This document shows, piece after piece, positions 37,402 through 47,964 of a stretch of 64,000 bases of DNA. Numbering within the stretch: position 1 is the stretch's first letter; the number at the start of each line of letters is the position of its first letter. The DNA comes from a bacterium (GTDB lineage Bacteria; Hinthialibacterota; Hinthialibacteria; Hinthialibacterales; Hinthialibacteraceae): the NCBI GenBank assembly GCA_963662285.2, contig CAXXMV010000006.1, forward strand, positions 224,001-288,000, read 5' to 3'. The notes under the pieces are model-generated. The model was not told the origin of the DNA, searched no databases, and saw nothing but the letters and a program-made list of their open reading frames with translations. The position numbers were made by a program, and so were the translations under genes.

Positions 37402-38852
37402 CGTTATCTCCTCATCACGTTGATTGGGAAGCAATACATTGGTCGTTGCAAGCGACTCATGCCATACGTCAACGTGGATATGTTGATGAACTGGTCGGCG
37501 TCGTCATCATGGCGCGTGGACCGGGCGGCGCCATCGGAGATCTGGTCTATATCCACCCCGCATTTGGCCAGGAACCTATCCCTGCGGAAATTGTGGGTTT
37601 TCGATCTGGACGCGTTATTCTGATGGCATTCGGTGAAATGACGGGCATCCGCCCCGGCTGTGAAGTTATCTCTTCGGGCGGACCACTTAAAGTCAAATGC
37701 GGTGAAGGTCTTTTAGGGCGCATCCTTGACGGTATGGGTTACCCTATCGACGGTAAAGGTCCGGCCAAAACCAATACTCTGCTTTCGATTTACAACCGTC
37801 CTCCAAGCGCGATAAACCGGCAGCGCATCAAGGAGCCGCTATCTACCGGCGTTAAGGTGATTGACTCAATTCTCTCATGGGGCAAAGGTCAACGCATCGG
37901 AGTATTCGCGGGCAGCGGGGTGGGGAAGAGCACCCTGATGGGCATGATCGCCCGTTCCACCGAAGCCGATGTAAACGTTATCGCATTAATCGGAGAACGC
38001 GGGCGCGAAGTGCGCGAGTTTATCGAGAAGGACCTGGGAGAAGAGGGTTTGAAGCGCAGCGTCCTGGTGGTCGCCACGGGCGATAATCCACCTTTGTTGC
38101 GCGTTAAAGGCGCACTATCCGCTATGACTATCGCGGAGTATTTCCGCGATCAGGGCAAGAATGTTTTGTTTATGATGGACTCGGTCACACGTATGGCCAT
38201 GTCGCAACGCGAAGTTGGTTTGGCTTCGGGTGAACCTCCTACCACGCGTGGTTATACGCCTTCGGTTTTTTCCATGCTGCCCTCGTTTCTGGAGCGGGCG
38301 GGAACCACTCCCGGCGAAGGAACCATCACCGGATTGATTACCGTCCTGGTCGAAGGCGATGATATGAATGAACCGATCGCCGATGCAGTGCGCGGCATCC
38401 TGGATGGTCATATCGTATTATCCCGCGACCTGGCGCATCGCAATCACTATCCCTCAGTGGATATTCTGCAAAGCGTCAGCCGCGCTATGGTTGATATCGT
38501 TCCTGAAGATCATTATACTGCGGCGCGACGTATTTCTGAAATTACTTCGGTTTACCGTGACGCAGAAGATTTGATTAATATTGGCGCTTACCAGAGGGGC
38601 AGTAATCCAGAAATTGATTTGGCAATCGATATGATCCCTACTATAAACGCTTTCTTGAAACAGCGAATTAATGAAGCATTTCCCTTTGAAGATTCGTTGG
38701 ATCAATTGATGAAAATCTTCGCTCAATGCGCTCCCCGTAAAGTTGCGCCTCCACCCAGGCCAACTCAACCGCAACAGAAACAGCAAACCCAACAGCAAGG
38801 TCAGCAGCTGAGGCGACCGCAACAACCTAATGGCGCCGGAGCGCAGCGATGA
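37398..38852 (+). CDS. fliI: flagellar export ATPase FliI (Q/P-rich tail)
   Basis: AGSGVGKS, GERGREVREF, DSVTR, GEPP, LDGHIVLSR. Confidence 0.95.
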   Translation: MTLSPHHVDWEAIHWSLQATHAIRQRGYVDELVGVVIMARGPGGAIGDLVYIHPAFGQEPIPAEIVGFRSGRVILMAFGEMTGIRPGCEVISSGGPLKVKCGEGLLGRILDGMGYPIDGKGPAKTNTLLSIYNRPPSAINRQRIKEPLSTGVKVIDSILSWGKGQRIGVFAGSGVGKSTLMGMIARSTEADVNVIALIGERGREVREFIEKDLGEEGLKRSVLVVATGDNPPLLRVKGALSAMTIAEYFRDQGKNVLFMMDSVTRMAMSQREVGLASGEPPTTRGYTPSVFSMLPSFLERAGTTPGEGTITGLITVLVEGDDMNEPIADAVRGILDGHIVLSRDLAHRNHYPSVDILQSVSRAMVDIVPEDHYTAARRISEITSVYRDAEDLINIGAYQRGSNPEIDLAIDMIPTINAFLKQRINEAFPFEDSLDQLMKIFAQCAPRKVAPPPRPTQPQQKQQTQQQGQQLRRPQQPNGAGAQR

Positions 38853-40252
38853 GAAACTTTCGATTCCGTCTGGACCCGGTTATGCGGTTGAAGGAATATA
38901 AAATCCAACAGGTCGAAGATGAAATGTCCCGCATTGAGCAGGAAATTCAGCGTTTACTGCGCGAGAACGAAGCCGGGCGGGTGGCGGTGCAAAACCTGAG
39001 GCGTCATATTATGGAAGAGGTTCAGGATCATAATCTGGTGCAGAGTGAATTGCAACTAGTGCTGTTTACAGAATTTAGCGTAAAAGAAGAACTGCGCCGT
39101 GATGGTGAAATCGCTAAACATAAAGAAGAAAAAGAACTAAAACATCAGGAATTGATTAAACTATATCAGGAGCAGAAGGCTCTTGAACGATTAAAAGAAC
39201 GCCGTAAGACAGAATGGGAAACGGAAATGCGTAAAGAAGAGAGTGCTATTATGGACGAAATCGGTACGCAAAAATATGTTCGCCGCGATAACGAGTTCGG
39301 TGGAGTCATCCTCTATCTGCTGGTTCCGATAGTGTTAGTCGGCGCCATCGCCGCCGCTGGAATCTATACCGGAGTTATCGATCAGGAGATGTTGAACAAA
39401 TTGCCTTTCTTCGGAGCTACTCCGCAAAGCGCAACGGCGACAATTCAAAGCGTGACCGGGCCTTTGGAAGAAGATTATCTGACTCTGGAACAGATGATTG
39501 GCGACCCTGATACGCCGATGCCCGAACTGCTTAAAAATATCGCCGCCATCAAGACTCAGCTAGATAAAAAATCGCAATCCTTAGCTGAACGTGAAAGACT
39601 TCTGGCGGAACAGGAAGCGCGAATTGGAAATATGCAGAACATGTTGGCGGGAGAGACCAAGCGGGCGTCTGATTACCTGATGGCCTACCAGGATTTAAAA
39701 CGTCAGTTGGAGGAAAGCAAAACCAGCGAACTAAGCCAGTATGAAGTTGACCTGGCCAAAACGCTTTCCTCAGCTAAAGGAAAAGAACTGGCGGGGATTT
39801 TATCAGAATTATACGGTAAACCCAATGTACTCGACAACCTGCGTACTCAGGAACGAGCTCTTTTAATAAATGAGCCTATAATTATTAAAGAACTGGCGGA
39901 TTTGAAACAAAAACTTCAAACCGGTCAGGCGACCCCTGCTGAGGTCGCCGCAAAAGAGGATGAGATTGCAGCGAGTAAATTAGAATTGGAAGACCTTCAG
40001 GAACAAATTAAGAAAATCCGCGATAGTCAATTGCTTTTATTGAGGATTCTGCACCGATTCCAACCGCGAGGACAAAAAGACCTTTTTGTTGCGCTGGGTA
40101 AGTCCGATCCGCAGACCGCTGCACAAATTATCGCTGATTTCGCTACTACAGACAGCTTCGAACTGAACAATATCCAGCCTACTCCGACGCCCTTGCCTAC
40201 TGCGGCGGATGATGGAATCGGGAGCGGTACAGGGCCGCTTGGGTCGGGATGA
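38849..40252 (+). CDS. FliJ fused to TM + coiled-coil/MotE(YlxF/FlbB)-like domain
   Basis: MRNFRFRLDPVMRLKE..E.KALERLKE..E....DE FliJ region, then TM near aa 151-175. Confidence 0.75.
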   Translation: MRNFRFRLDPVMRLKEYKIQQVEDEMSRIEQEIQRLLRENEAGRVAVQNLRRHIMEEVQDHNLVQSELQLVLFTEFSVKEELRRDGEIAKHKEEKELKHQELIKLYQEQKALERLKERRKTEWETEMRKEESAIMDEIGTQKYVRRDNEFGGVILYLLVPIVLVGAIAAAGIYTGVIDQEMLNKLPFFGATPQSATATIQSVTGPLEEDYLTLEQMIGDPDTPMPELLKNIAAIKTQLDKKSQSLAERERLLAEQEARIGNMQNMLAGETKRASDYLMAYQDLKRQLEESKTSELSQYEVDLAKTLSSAKGKELAGILSELYGKPNVLDNLRTQERALLINEPIIIKELADLKQKLQTGQATPAEVAAKEDEIAASKLELEDLQEQIKKIRDSQLLLLRILHRFQPRGQKDLFVALGKSDPQTAAQIIADFATTDSFELNNIQPTPTPLPTAADDGIGSGTGPLGSG

Positions 40253-41393
40253 CTTTGTCCCAATCGTAAACTGTTTTAACCAATTCATAGGCGTTGAGGC
40301 GCAGGCGACTTCGTTGGTCGGCGTCAGTGGCCAGCTGGATTACTGCTTCAGCGAAATCCTTGGATAGATCGGCGATTAATAAATGTTGATCATGCAATCC
40401 ATCCAGGCCTTCGCATCCCACTGGAGTGCTGACGATAGCGCGTCCTGAGGCCATGGCTTCCAGAATCTTCAACCTGATGCCCCCGCCGACGGTTAAGGGG
40501 ACGATATAAATTGCGGTCTGCTTCATGTATTGATCAATGCTGGGAACTCGTCCGGTGACATGAATTCCATCTCTACCATCATAATCCAGTATATCCTGCG
40601 GGGGATTGGCGCCGACTATCCAGCATTCAATCTGCGGCAGTGCGGCTCGTATGATCGGCCAACTGCTGTGCAGGAATGCCAGCATTCCCGTAACATTGGG
40701 GTAATATGACATGGTTCCGGTAAAAAGAATTGAGGGTGGTCCTTCCGGTTCATCAAGAAACGGATAACTCTTCAGATCAACTCCGGGACGCTGATGAATG
40801 GCTGGCAGGGCGCTATTGTAATGCAGTAAGACGTCTCTGTCATGGGGTGATATGGTCAGGATTTGGTCGAAGCGACGGCATAGTTTTATCTCATACCTAC
40901 GGGTGCGCCATCCTTCCAAACGGGCAGCGATTTTTACCAGGGGATTGGATGAATACTCGCTGTAACGCTGTAAAATATTACCTTCGATATTCTCCTTATA
41001 ATGCACTTTGAAGCAAGGTTCCGAGCCATTAACGTAAGCGGCGGTGTAGAAATTCTGGGCGTGAATCACATCGAAGCGGCGCCGTTTGAGCAGCCGTTGG
41101 ATGTATTGCGCCATTTCCCGGTTCCAGAATCGATGCGCTTTATAAGGCGAGGTGGAGCACATTGATCTGAGCAGAGGCTTGAACGACCATTTGCCGTTAG
41201 CGGGAAAGGCGGCGACTTCGCGGCAGATTTTTTTTACTTCATTTAGATATTCCAATTCAGAGGGATGATGATATAGGCAAACCAGGCTGACATCACATTC
41301 AGCAGCAAAGCGTTTGAGAGTATTCCAGGTTACAATACGTCCTCCGCTATGGGGAGGATAAGGAATTTGGGGAAGGATAAAAAGAATGTTCAT
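40197..41393 (-). CDS. GT4 glycosyltransferase
   Basis: PYPP.SGG, FTGTMSY.PN, GGIRLKILEAMA; overlaps the end of the FliJ fusion convergently. Confidence 0.9.
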   Translation of the reverse strand: MNILFILPQIPYPPHSGGRIVTWNTLKRFAAECDVSLVCLYHHPSELEYLNEVKKICREVAAFPANGKWSFKPLLRSMCSTSPYKAHRFWNREMAQYIQRLLKRRRFDVIHAQNFYTAAYVNGSEPCFKVHYKENIEGNILQRYSEYSSNPLVKIAARLEGWRTRRYEIKLCRRFDQILTISPHDRDVLLHYNSALPAIHQRPGVDLKSYPFLDEPEGPPSILFTGTMSYYPNVTGMLAFLHSSWPIIRAALPQIECWIVGANPPQDILDYDGRDGIHVTGRVPSIDQYMKQTAIYIVPLTVGGGIRLKILEAMASGRAIVSTPVGCEGLDGLHDQHLLIADLSKDFAEAVIQLATDADQRSRLRLNAYELVKTVYDWDKVIPTQAALYRSRFHHPPQ

Positions 41394-41510
41394 CGGTTGT
41401 TGTTTTATCCTTAAAACGGTGGTTATAGCGGTTAACAAAAATTTTTAATGATTGTGTTACACCCGTAAGGTGAAACGCGTATTCTGTTATTTCATTGCGA
41501 AGGAGGCTTG

Positions 41511-41658
41511 TATCAACCCTCTCCTAACCTCTCCCAATCTTGGGAGAGGAATGTTAAACCAACGTGTTTTGTATGACTAAGTCAAAAAGATATAACTGGT
41601 TATATCTCCAAAATCCCTATCCCCCAAGTTGGGGAGAATTCAAGAGGGGGTTGTTATC
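41511..41658. repeat. ~150-bp double-hairpin element (inverted copy of 29661-29813)
   Basis: Both hairpins and termini conserved, middle diverged. Confidence 0.8.
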
Positions 41659-41725
41659 TAGCGCCTCTGATTATTTTATTAAACTAATAATCATAATCTA
41701 ATTGCCTTTTTTAGGTTTATGCGCA

Positions 41726-43012
41726 TCAAACAATTCTGCTGACTAGAGAGAGGCATGATAACGCTGTCTTGCGAACTGATTCAGTCTTCTCATGTTCGTT
41801 AAATTCAGGATGGATATATGGATTGCGTAAATGCTGCAGCAGAATCAAAAGACTGGATAATTGAGTTACCTCTTCATCAGAAAGACCTTTGATACCTAAG
41901 GGATTTTTGATTTCAATGGCGCCTTTGCGGTTGGAGAAAGAATGATTTCTGCCCCAGGCGAAGACGATGACTCCCAGTGCTTTTAAGCCATCGGGTTTGT
42001 ACTTGCCGCAATGTTTTATAATACGTTCCATGACCTGCCGGGTGATATCCGAGTTAAGTTCCAGGTTGAATTGCTGCACCATACGGATCAAATATTGATT
42101 AAAAAACAAGTCAAGATTCCTGAGTGATGAGTCATACAGTTGATCGGCCAGTTGATTGATGTTGGCTTCACTCAAAAGCCGGTTGATTTTCTTGCCTATC
42201 CGCAGTTTAACTTCATTCTCAACGGCGAATGAATAAGAGAAACTGACGTTTCTGGCGACCGAGAGGGTGGCGGCTGAGCCGGATTGCTGCATGCTCTCGG
42301 CAACGGCGAGCATGGTTTTTGATTCTGCATCAAGTGCGCCGATATCAGGCAGTTCTTGTTTAACTCCGCTTAAAACGGATGTTTCATCCAGGTCGCTCAT
42401 CCAACTTTTTGAAGAGGCGGCGCTTTGATCGAGTTTATCAATTAACTCGTAGACTTTGCTTTTTAATCCAGCGTCCAGATAATCATCCCGCAGCATCATT
42501 TCAAGTTGGTTGCGGATCTTATCCTGTGAAGCATTTTCGGCGCCCAGCAGTTTTTCGACTGTATCGTTCAACTTATCGATCTGATCCAATATGGAATAAA
42601 TCCGGTTGAGCCGCTGGTATAGAGTATCTATCTCGGCGTCGATGCGCGACTTGCTCAGTACGAAGGTTGCCCCGTATTGCCGGGCTAAAGCGCCTTCATC
42701 AAATGTTCCTACTGCAGATATCATGATAACCGGCAAATGTGGATAACGTTTTTTTACATCAAGGATAAATTGCAACCCTTCATCGTGGGTGCGCATATCC
42801 AGGTCGGTGATAATCACTTGTGGATCATCGGTCTGGATTTTTTCCATGCCCTCTATAGAATCTTCCGCTTCGATCACGAAATACTCTTGCAGGGTGAGAT
42901 TTCTGGTCACTGCCGACCGGTATTGAGGGTTATCATCCACCAATAAGATTCGTCTGCCCACGAATAATTCTCCTGTGTATTTGTCGAAGTGTGTTTCTTG
43001 TTGCGCCCTCAT
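41726..43012 (-). CDS. response regulator: REC domain + HEPN-like C-terminal domain
   Basis: ILLVDD, TDLDM, MISA, K; C-terminal YSFAVENEVK..LRNPYIHPE. Confidence 0.7.
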   Translation of the reverse strand: MRAQQETHFDKYTGELFVGRRILLVDDNPQYRSAVTRNLTLQEYFVIEAEDSIEGMEKIQTDDPQVIITDLDMRTHDEGLQFILDVKKRYPHLPVIMISAVGTFDEGALARQYGATFVLSKSRIDAEIDTLYQRLNRIYSILDQIDKLNDTVEKLLGAENASQDKIRNQLEMMLRDDYLDAGLKSKVYELIDKLDQSAASSKSWMSDLDETSVLSGVKQELPDIGALDAESKTMLAVAESMQQSGSAATLSVARNVSFSYSFAVENEVKLRIGKKINRLLSEANINQLADQLYDSSLRNLDLFFNQYLIRMVQQFNLELNSDITRQVMERIIKHCGKYKPDGLKALGVIVFAWGRNHSFSNRKGAIEIKNPLGIKGLSDEEVTQLSSLLILLQHLRNPYIHPEFNEHEKTESVRKTALSCLSLVSRIV

Positions 43013-43062
43013 CCTGGTTGGAGAGGGGACTTTTTTTATATCTATTGCTGCTGCGTTTTGCC

Positions 43063-43230
43063 GGGCGCCCACGAGGGCAATGTCATTAAGTTAAGGAATT
43101 TCATCCTATCAGTGGTGGCTTGATCAAGGGCTGAGCGCAATGCGCTCTTGCCCTTGCCACCCAGCGATATCAATAACTTAAGTGATCCTTATTTACCCCT
43201 CACTCTAGCCCTCTCCCGCGGGAGAGGGGA
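43063..43230. repeat. mixed repeat cluster (GGGCGCCCACGAG, TCATTAAGTT/AACTTAAGTGA ends, family-A variant, CCCTCTCCC hairpin)
   Basis: Motifs recur at 34258, 47202, 35571. Confidence 0.65.
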
Positions 43231-43251
43231 TGAGGTAGTTTGATATAATAA

Positions 43252-44247
43252 TTATAGAGGAAGCGCAACCGGGGCTTTGGTCTCAAGCGATTTGTATGCT
43301 CCCAGAGCGGTTTCCATAGCTTTTAATCCATCATGGCCGGTGATGGGTGATGGTTCATGGTTGGCTATAACATTCAAAAAAGCGCGGAGCATGCCGGTGT
43401 TGAGATCATCAGCCCAGCTAGCCCATTCCGCCTGTACGGCGTCGTTGTTATAGACATTAATGCGTTGCTTGAATGCATCGACGTTGAGCGATCCTTTTTC
43501 GCCGATAATTTCCATGGTTACATCACCCCAGGTGGGGAAAGACTGATTGGGTCGCGACCATGAGGTATCCAATGTGGCGAAGGTTCCACCTTCAAATTCC
43601 AGCGACAAGAGACCGGAATCGTCGATATTGATATCTTCATAGAATAATTGACCTGATTCGGCGTAAACCGAAACCGGGTCTTTATCAAGCATCCAGCGCC
43701 AGGCGTCGACTACGTGAACCGTATGATCCATAACCGCTCCGCCGCCGGCCATATCTTTATTAATGAACCAGCCGCCGGGCATGGTGCCGCGATTGGTTCC
43801 TTTCATGGCCAGAATCTTACCCAATTTCCCCTCGCGGATTATATTGCGAACCCGAAACAGTGGAGCGCTGTAACGGCAGGGGAAGGCGATCATCAATTGA
43901 ACCTTATTATCTTCACAGGTTTTGATCATTGATAGGGCGTTGGCCACTGAAACTGAAATGGGCTTTTCGCACAGGATATGCTTTCCGGCCTGGGCGGCCA
44001 GTTCGGCGTATTGTTGATGTTTGACATTTTCGGTGCAGATCACGACGCCTTGAATATCCTGGTTCAATAATGCATCGCAGGATTCCATGAAAGGCGCCCC
44101 GAACTGTTGCGCCGCTTCTTTGCCGCGTTGTGGATCATCATCAAACACTCCGGCAACTTCGACTTTATCAGAGAACTGTTGTAAACATGCAGCATAGCTA
44201 TATGCATGTAGATGGGCGAATGAAATCATTCCTAATCGGATAACCAT
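43252..44247 (-). CDS. Gfo/Idh/MocA family oxidoreductase
   Basis: HILCEKP; GGGAVMDHTVH. Confidence 0.92.
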   Translation of the reverse strand: MVIRLGMISFAHLHAYSYAACLQQFSDKVEVAGVFDDDPQRGKEAAQQFGAPFMESCDALLNQDIQGVVICTENVKHQQYAELAAQAGKHILCEKPISVSVANALSMIKTCEDNKVQLMIAFPCRYSAPLFRVRNIIREGKLGKILAMKGTNRGTMPGGWFINKDMAGGGAVMDHTVHVVDAWRWMLDKDPVSVYAESGQLFYEDINIDDSGLLSLEFEGGTFATLDTSWSRPNQSFPTWGDVTMEIIGEKGSLNVDAFKQRINVYNNDAVQAEWASWADDLNTGMLRAFLNVIANHEPSPITGHDGLKAMETALGAYKSLETKAPVALPL

Positions 44248-44287
44248 GGTCGTTTCCTTTCTTCACTTGAGTCATATCCCTACTGGA

Positions 44288-45271
44288 TTACTCGATTGTC
44301 ACGGGCTGGCGCGTTTTAACTGATTCAAGCGCGGCGTGAGCTATTTTGAGCGCTGTTAAAGCATCTTCGGGTGGAGCGGGATTCTCTCCTTCACCCCGGA
44401 CAGCGTTGAGAAATCCTTCCATGATTTTGTAATGCGCAGGTTTGATGACCGGGCTTTCAGTGAAGAAATGCCGCGTACCTTTTTCCGGGTCGATTAATGA
44501 AACATACATAGGAATGGATTCTTGATTATCATATTGAATCAATCCTTTATCTCCCGCTACCTCGACATCCAGATGGAACTGTCCATAATGGCACCATGAC
44601 GATTCAATATGTGCGATTGCTCCGCTCTTGAGTTTCAGCGAAGCCAAGGCGTAATCGATAGATTCGGTATTCATGCGTCCCTGAAGGCTGTTGCAGAAAA
44701 CCCTTTCGACCGGGCCAAAGCACCAGGAGAGAAAATCGAATTCATGGATCATGGCGTCAAGGATGACGCCGCCGCTGCTCTCCGGATTTGAATACCAACG
44801 GCGGGGATGCGGCGTTCGTCGTCCCAAGCGGATCATGCCCGGATTGCCGACCGCTCCGTCCGCCACTCTCTGTTTGATCATGGCGTATTCCTGATAGCCG
44901 CGCAGAGCATGCCCGATGGTCAGAACGGTATTTGATTGACTGGCCAGGGCTGTCAAATCTTCTGCTTCCTTGATTTGGCGAGTTATAGGTATTTCCAGAT
45001 AGACGTGCTTCCCCATTGACAACGCGCGGTGCGCCTGCTGGTAATGCAAGGGCGTTGGAGTGGCGATAACCACCACGTCTATTTCACTTGAGTCCGCTAT
45101 TTGATCAGCGTCCATCGCGACGGCGTCATTAGCCCACTGTGTTTTTGTGGTTTGGATCGCTTGTGCATCAATGTCGGCAATCGCCGTCAGCTTTACATCC
45201 GGGATATGAGCGATAGACTCGGCGTGCGCTTTGCCGAGATTTCCCGCGCCTATTAGACCGATTCGCAGCAT
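44288..45271 (-). CDS. Gfo/Idh/MocA family oxidoreductase
   Basis: IGAGNLG; ATPT..H; EIP in place of EKP; SGGVILDAMIHEFD. Confidence 0.9.
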   Translation of the reverse strand: MLRIGLIGAGNLGKAHAESIAHIPDVKLTAIADIDAQAIQTTKTQWANDAVAMDADQIADSSEIDVVVIATPTPLHYQQAHRALSMGKHVYLEIPITRQIKEAEDLTALASQSNTVLTIGHALRGYQEYAMIKQRVADGAVGNPGMIRLGRRTPHPRRWYSNPESSGGVILDAMIHEFDFLSWCFGPVERVFCNSLQGRMNTESIDYALASLKLKSGAIAHIESSWCHYGQFHLDVEVAGDKGLIQYDNQESIPMYVSLIDPEKGTRHFFTESPVIKPAHYKIMEGFLNAVRGEGENPAPPEDALTALKIAHAALESVKTRQPVTIE

Positions 45272-45363
45272 AATAATTCCCTCCTTGTCAAGTCTATCCT
45301 ATCAGTAAATTACGGATGTGTGGATGGATAGATGCGTTTGAAAATAATTTAATAATAATTACA

Positions 45364-47037
45364 TTACATGCGATTGGGCGCCGTGACATTAAGCAGCGCT
45401 AAACCGTTGCGCATTACCTGGCGGACGGCTAAAACCAGATGAAGACGCGTGATGCTGCTGGACTGGTCGTTTTCATCCAATACTCTCTGCACCTGATAAT
45501 AATTATGAAAGGTTTTGGCCAGATCTTCGAGGTAATGGGGTATCAGATTCGATTCCAGTTTCTCTGCTGCGTCCATAACCACTAATGGATAATAGAATAC
45601 TTTCAGCAGCAGCAGCCGTTCCCGTTCACCGCTAAGCAGCGTGGGATCGAAATCAAGTTCAGTTGAACATGTGATGCCGCGTTCTATGCCTTTTTCTTCC
45701 ATGCTGCAAGCGCGGGCATGGACATATTGAAGATAGTAGACCGGATTATCCATCGACTGTTTTTTGGCCAGGTCCCAATCGAAGATCATCTGGCTTCGAT
45801 AATTGCGCTGGGCGAAGAAGTAACGCGTAACGTCGGCGCCTAAATCTTCCACCATCTCCATCAGAGTCATGAACTGACCTTCGCGGGTGGAGAGTTTTAT
45901 CTTTTCTCCGCCGCGTTCAATGCTCACCATCTGGTTGAGCAGGTAATGCAGACTTGATAAATCGTAATCGAACATCGACAAAGCAATCCTGACCCGTTCG
46001 CACTGGCTGTGGTGATCATGCCCCATGACGTTGACCAGTAGATCAAACTGTCGTCCATATTTTTGGCAATGATAGGCGATATCCGGGGTGACGTAGGTTG
46101 GTTCGCCGTCGCTTTTTACCAGCACCCGGTCTTTTTCATCACCGTGTTCAGAGGTTTTGAGCCAGACCGCGTCATCTTTGAGGTAAGTGGCGCCTTTTTG
46201 GGCTAACTGATCCAGGGTTTTCTCGACGGCGCCGGATTCATGCAGAGAGCGTTCGCTGAAGGTGGTATCGAATTTGACCCGCAACTTGCGCAGGTCATCC
46301 ATAATGATGCTCATCAGGACATCGGCGGCGAACTCGGTGAAGGGCTGCCAGGATTCTTCTTGTAATAATGCATCGCCCTGAGCGGTTTTTAATCCAGAAG
46401 CGATATAGCGGATGTAGTCGCCCTTGTAGCCGTTTTCGGGGAATTCTGATTCAATGCCGTAGAGTTGTTTGTAGCGCGCCTGGACGGATCGTCCCAGCAT
46501 CTGCATCTGCACCCCGGCGTCATTATAATAATACTCGCGGGTAACGTCGTAACCGACGGCGGAAAGCAGTTCGGCGGCGGTATCTCCTACAATGGCGCCG
46601 CGTACGTGACCGACATGCAATGGACCGGTTGGATTGGCGCTGACGAATTCCACCAGGGCTTTTTTACCGCAATGTTTATCTGAACGTCCATATTGTTCTG
46701 TGCTGCTCAAGGCGCTTTTCATGGCATCCAGCAGCACTTGATTGGTTAAAGAAATATTGACAAAACCGGGGCCGGCTATGGATGCGCTGGCCACCAGGGG
46801 ACATTCTTCCAGTTTCTTGACAAAAATATCAGCCAGTTCGCGGGGAGGTTTTTTAACGATTTTGGCCAATATCATGGCGGCGTTGGTAGCCAGGTCGCCA
46901 TGCGATGAATCGCGGGTCGGCGTAAACGTTAAAAGTGACGCCTTTTCCTGAGCTTCCGGCGACAATTCCGAAGCGGCGTCCATTAAAATCTTATTCAACT
47001 TGTCAATAACATCAAAATACACTCGATTTTCCTCCAC
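45364..47037 (-). CDS. argS: arginine--tRNA ligase
   Basis: HGDLATN, EFVSANPTGPLHVGH, KLSTREG, YLQYVHAR, terminal APNRM. Confidence 0.96.
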   Translation of the reverse strand: MEENRVYFDVIDKLNKILMDAASELSPEAQEKASLLTFTPTRDSSHGDLATNAAMILAKIVKKPPRELADIFVKKLEECPLVASASIAGPGFVNISLTNQVLLDAMKSALSSTEQYGRSDKHCGKKALVEFVSANPTGPLHVGHVRGAIVGDTAAELLSAVGYDVTREYYYNDAGVQMQMLGRSVQARYKQLYGIESEFPENGYKGDYIRYIASGLKTAQGDALLQEESWQPFTEFAADVLMSIIMDDLRKLRVKFDTTFSERSLHESGAVEKTLDQLAQKGATYLKDDAVWLKTSEHGDEKDRVLVKSDGEPTYVTPDIAYHCQKYGRQFDLLVNVMGHDHHSQCERVRIALSMFDYDLSSLHYLLNQMVSIERGGEKIKLSTREGQFMTLMEMVEDLGADVTRYFFAQRNYRSQMIFDWDLAKKQSMDNPVYYLQYVHARACSMEEKGIERGITCSTELDFDPTLLSGERERLLLLKVFYYPLVVMDAAEKLESNLIPHYLEDLAKTFHNYYQVQRVLDENDQSSSITRLHLVLAVRQVMRNGLALLNVTAPNRM

Positions 47038-47201
47038 GTTGGTGGTTTTCTGTAAATATTGTTTTTAGCAATCATTAATATTATCAGTGGGATTCAATAC
47101 GGCGAAGGGATATGCCGGAACATGTAGATTGGAACCGGGATTAAATTTGCCTTCAAGGTGGATTGTTGCTAAAAATTATTAAATAAATGAGGTAAACTCA
47201 A

Positions 47202-47240
47202 TCAAGGGCTGACCGCAATGCGGTCTTGCCCTTGGCACCC
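47202..47240. repeat. family-A REP variant
   Basis: TCAAGGGCTGACCGCAATGCGGTCTTGCCCTTGGCACCC; compare 43124. Confidence 0.75.
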
Positions 47241-47277
47241 GATACTGTCAAATTCTCAACTTATAAAATATTATAAA

Positions 47278-47311
47278 ACAATGTCTCCATCAGTAACGAT
47301 GGAGACATTGT
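47278..47311 (-). terminator. terminator hairpin after pilin-like gene
   Basis: ACAATGTCTCCATC..GATGGAGACATTGT. Confidence 0.7.
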
Positions 47312-47337
47312 ATGTTTGGATCTCTTTTTGGGGGAAA

Positions 47338-47964
47338 CTACTCAACCATAGCGCCAGGTCCGAAAACAGCCAGGTCGCCCTTGCTGATTAAGCCATTGCT
47401 GGAATCATAACGTAGAGTAAAGTCATCTCCATTATCGCCGCCAGTTGTACCAACAGTACCTACATTCGGGCCGAATGATTTGATCAGCCATACAGTGTTG
47501 CAACCATTGGCTGCCAAAGCTTCAGCCTGACTGCGTTGTGCGAATGGAGCAAAATAGGCGTAGTGATCGGCGCATTGAGCTGTTCGAAGACTGGCGCTGC
47601 CGCCCCAATTATCAGGAGCTCCATATACATAACGATACCAGGTAAACTGCGCGCCTGCTTCACTATTAGCGTTTGCTATCATATATTGAGAAGGAAATAC
47701 ATCTTTGGGAACAGATGAAATGTAACTCAATGGACTGGTCAGTGGATGAAGTTTGAATGGATAGGTGTAGCGGTTATTGTCCAGGTAATACATTTCTTCC
47801 GCTGTGCCAAGCGCCTTCAAGTCAGATTTGCATCTAGCAACCTTTGCCCTGGTTTGGGCATTGAGGAAGTTAGGAACTGCGATAGCAGCCAGGATGCCAA
47901 TAATGGCTACAACGATTAATAATTCAATCAGGGTAAAACCTTTACGATTTTTTAGAAAAGTCAT
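47338..47964 (-). CDS. prepilin-type N-terminal cleavage/methylation protein
   Basis: KG|FTLIELLIVVAIIGILAAIAVPNF; RBS GGAGG. Confidence 0.92.
   Translation of the reverse strand: MTFLKNRKGFTLIELLIVVAIIGILAAIAVPNFLNAQTRAKVARCKSDLKALGTAEEMYYLDNNRYTYPFKLHPLTSPLSYISSVPKDVFPSQYMIANANSEAGAQFTWYRYVYGAPDNWGGSASLRTAQCADHYAYFAPFAQRSQAEALAANGCNTVWLIKSFGPNVGTVGTTGGDNGDDFTLRYDSSNGLISKGDLAVFGPGAMVE

Noticed and set aside
30090-40252. Non-flagellar injectisome
   Set aside because: FlgB, FlgC, FliE and FliG are flagellum-specific
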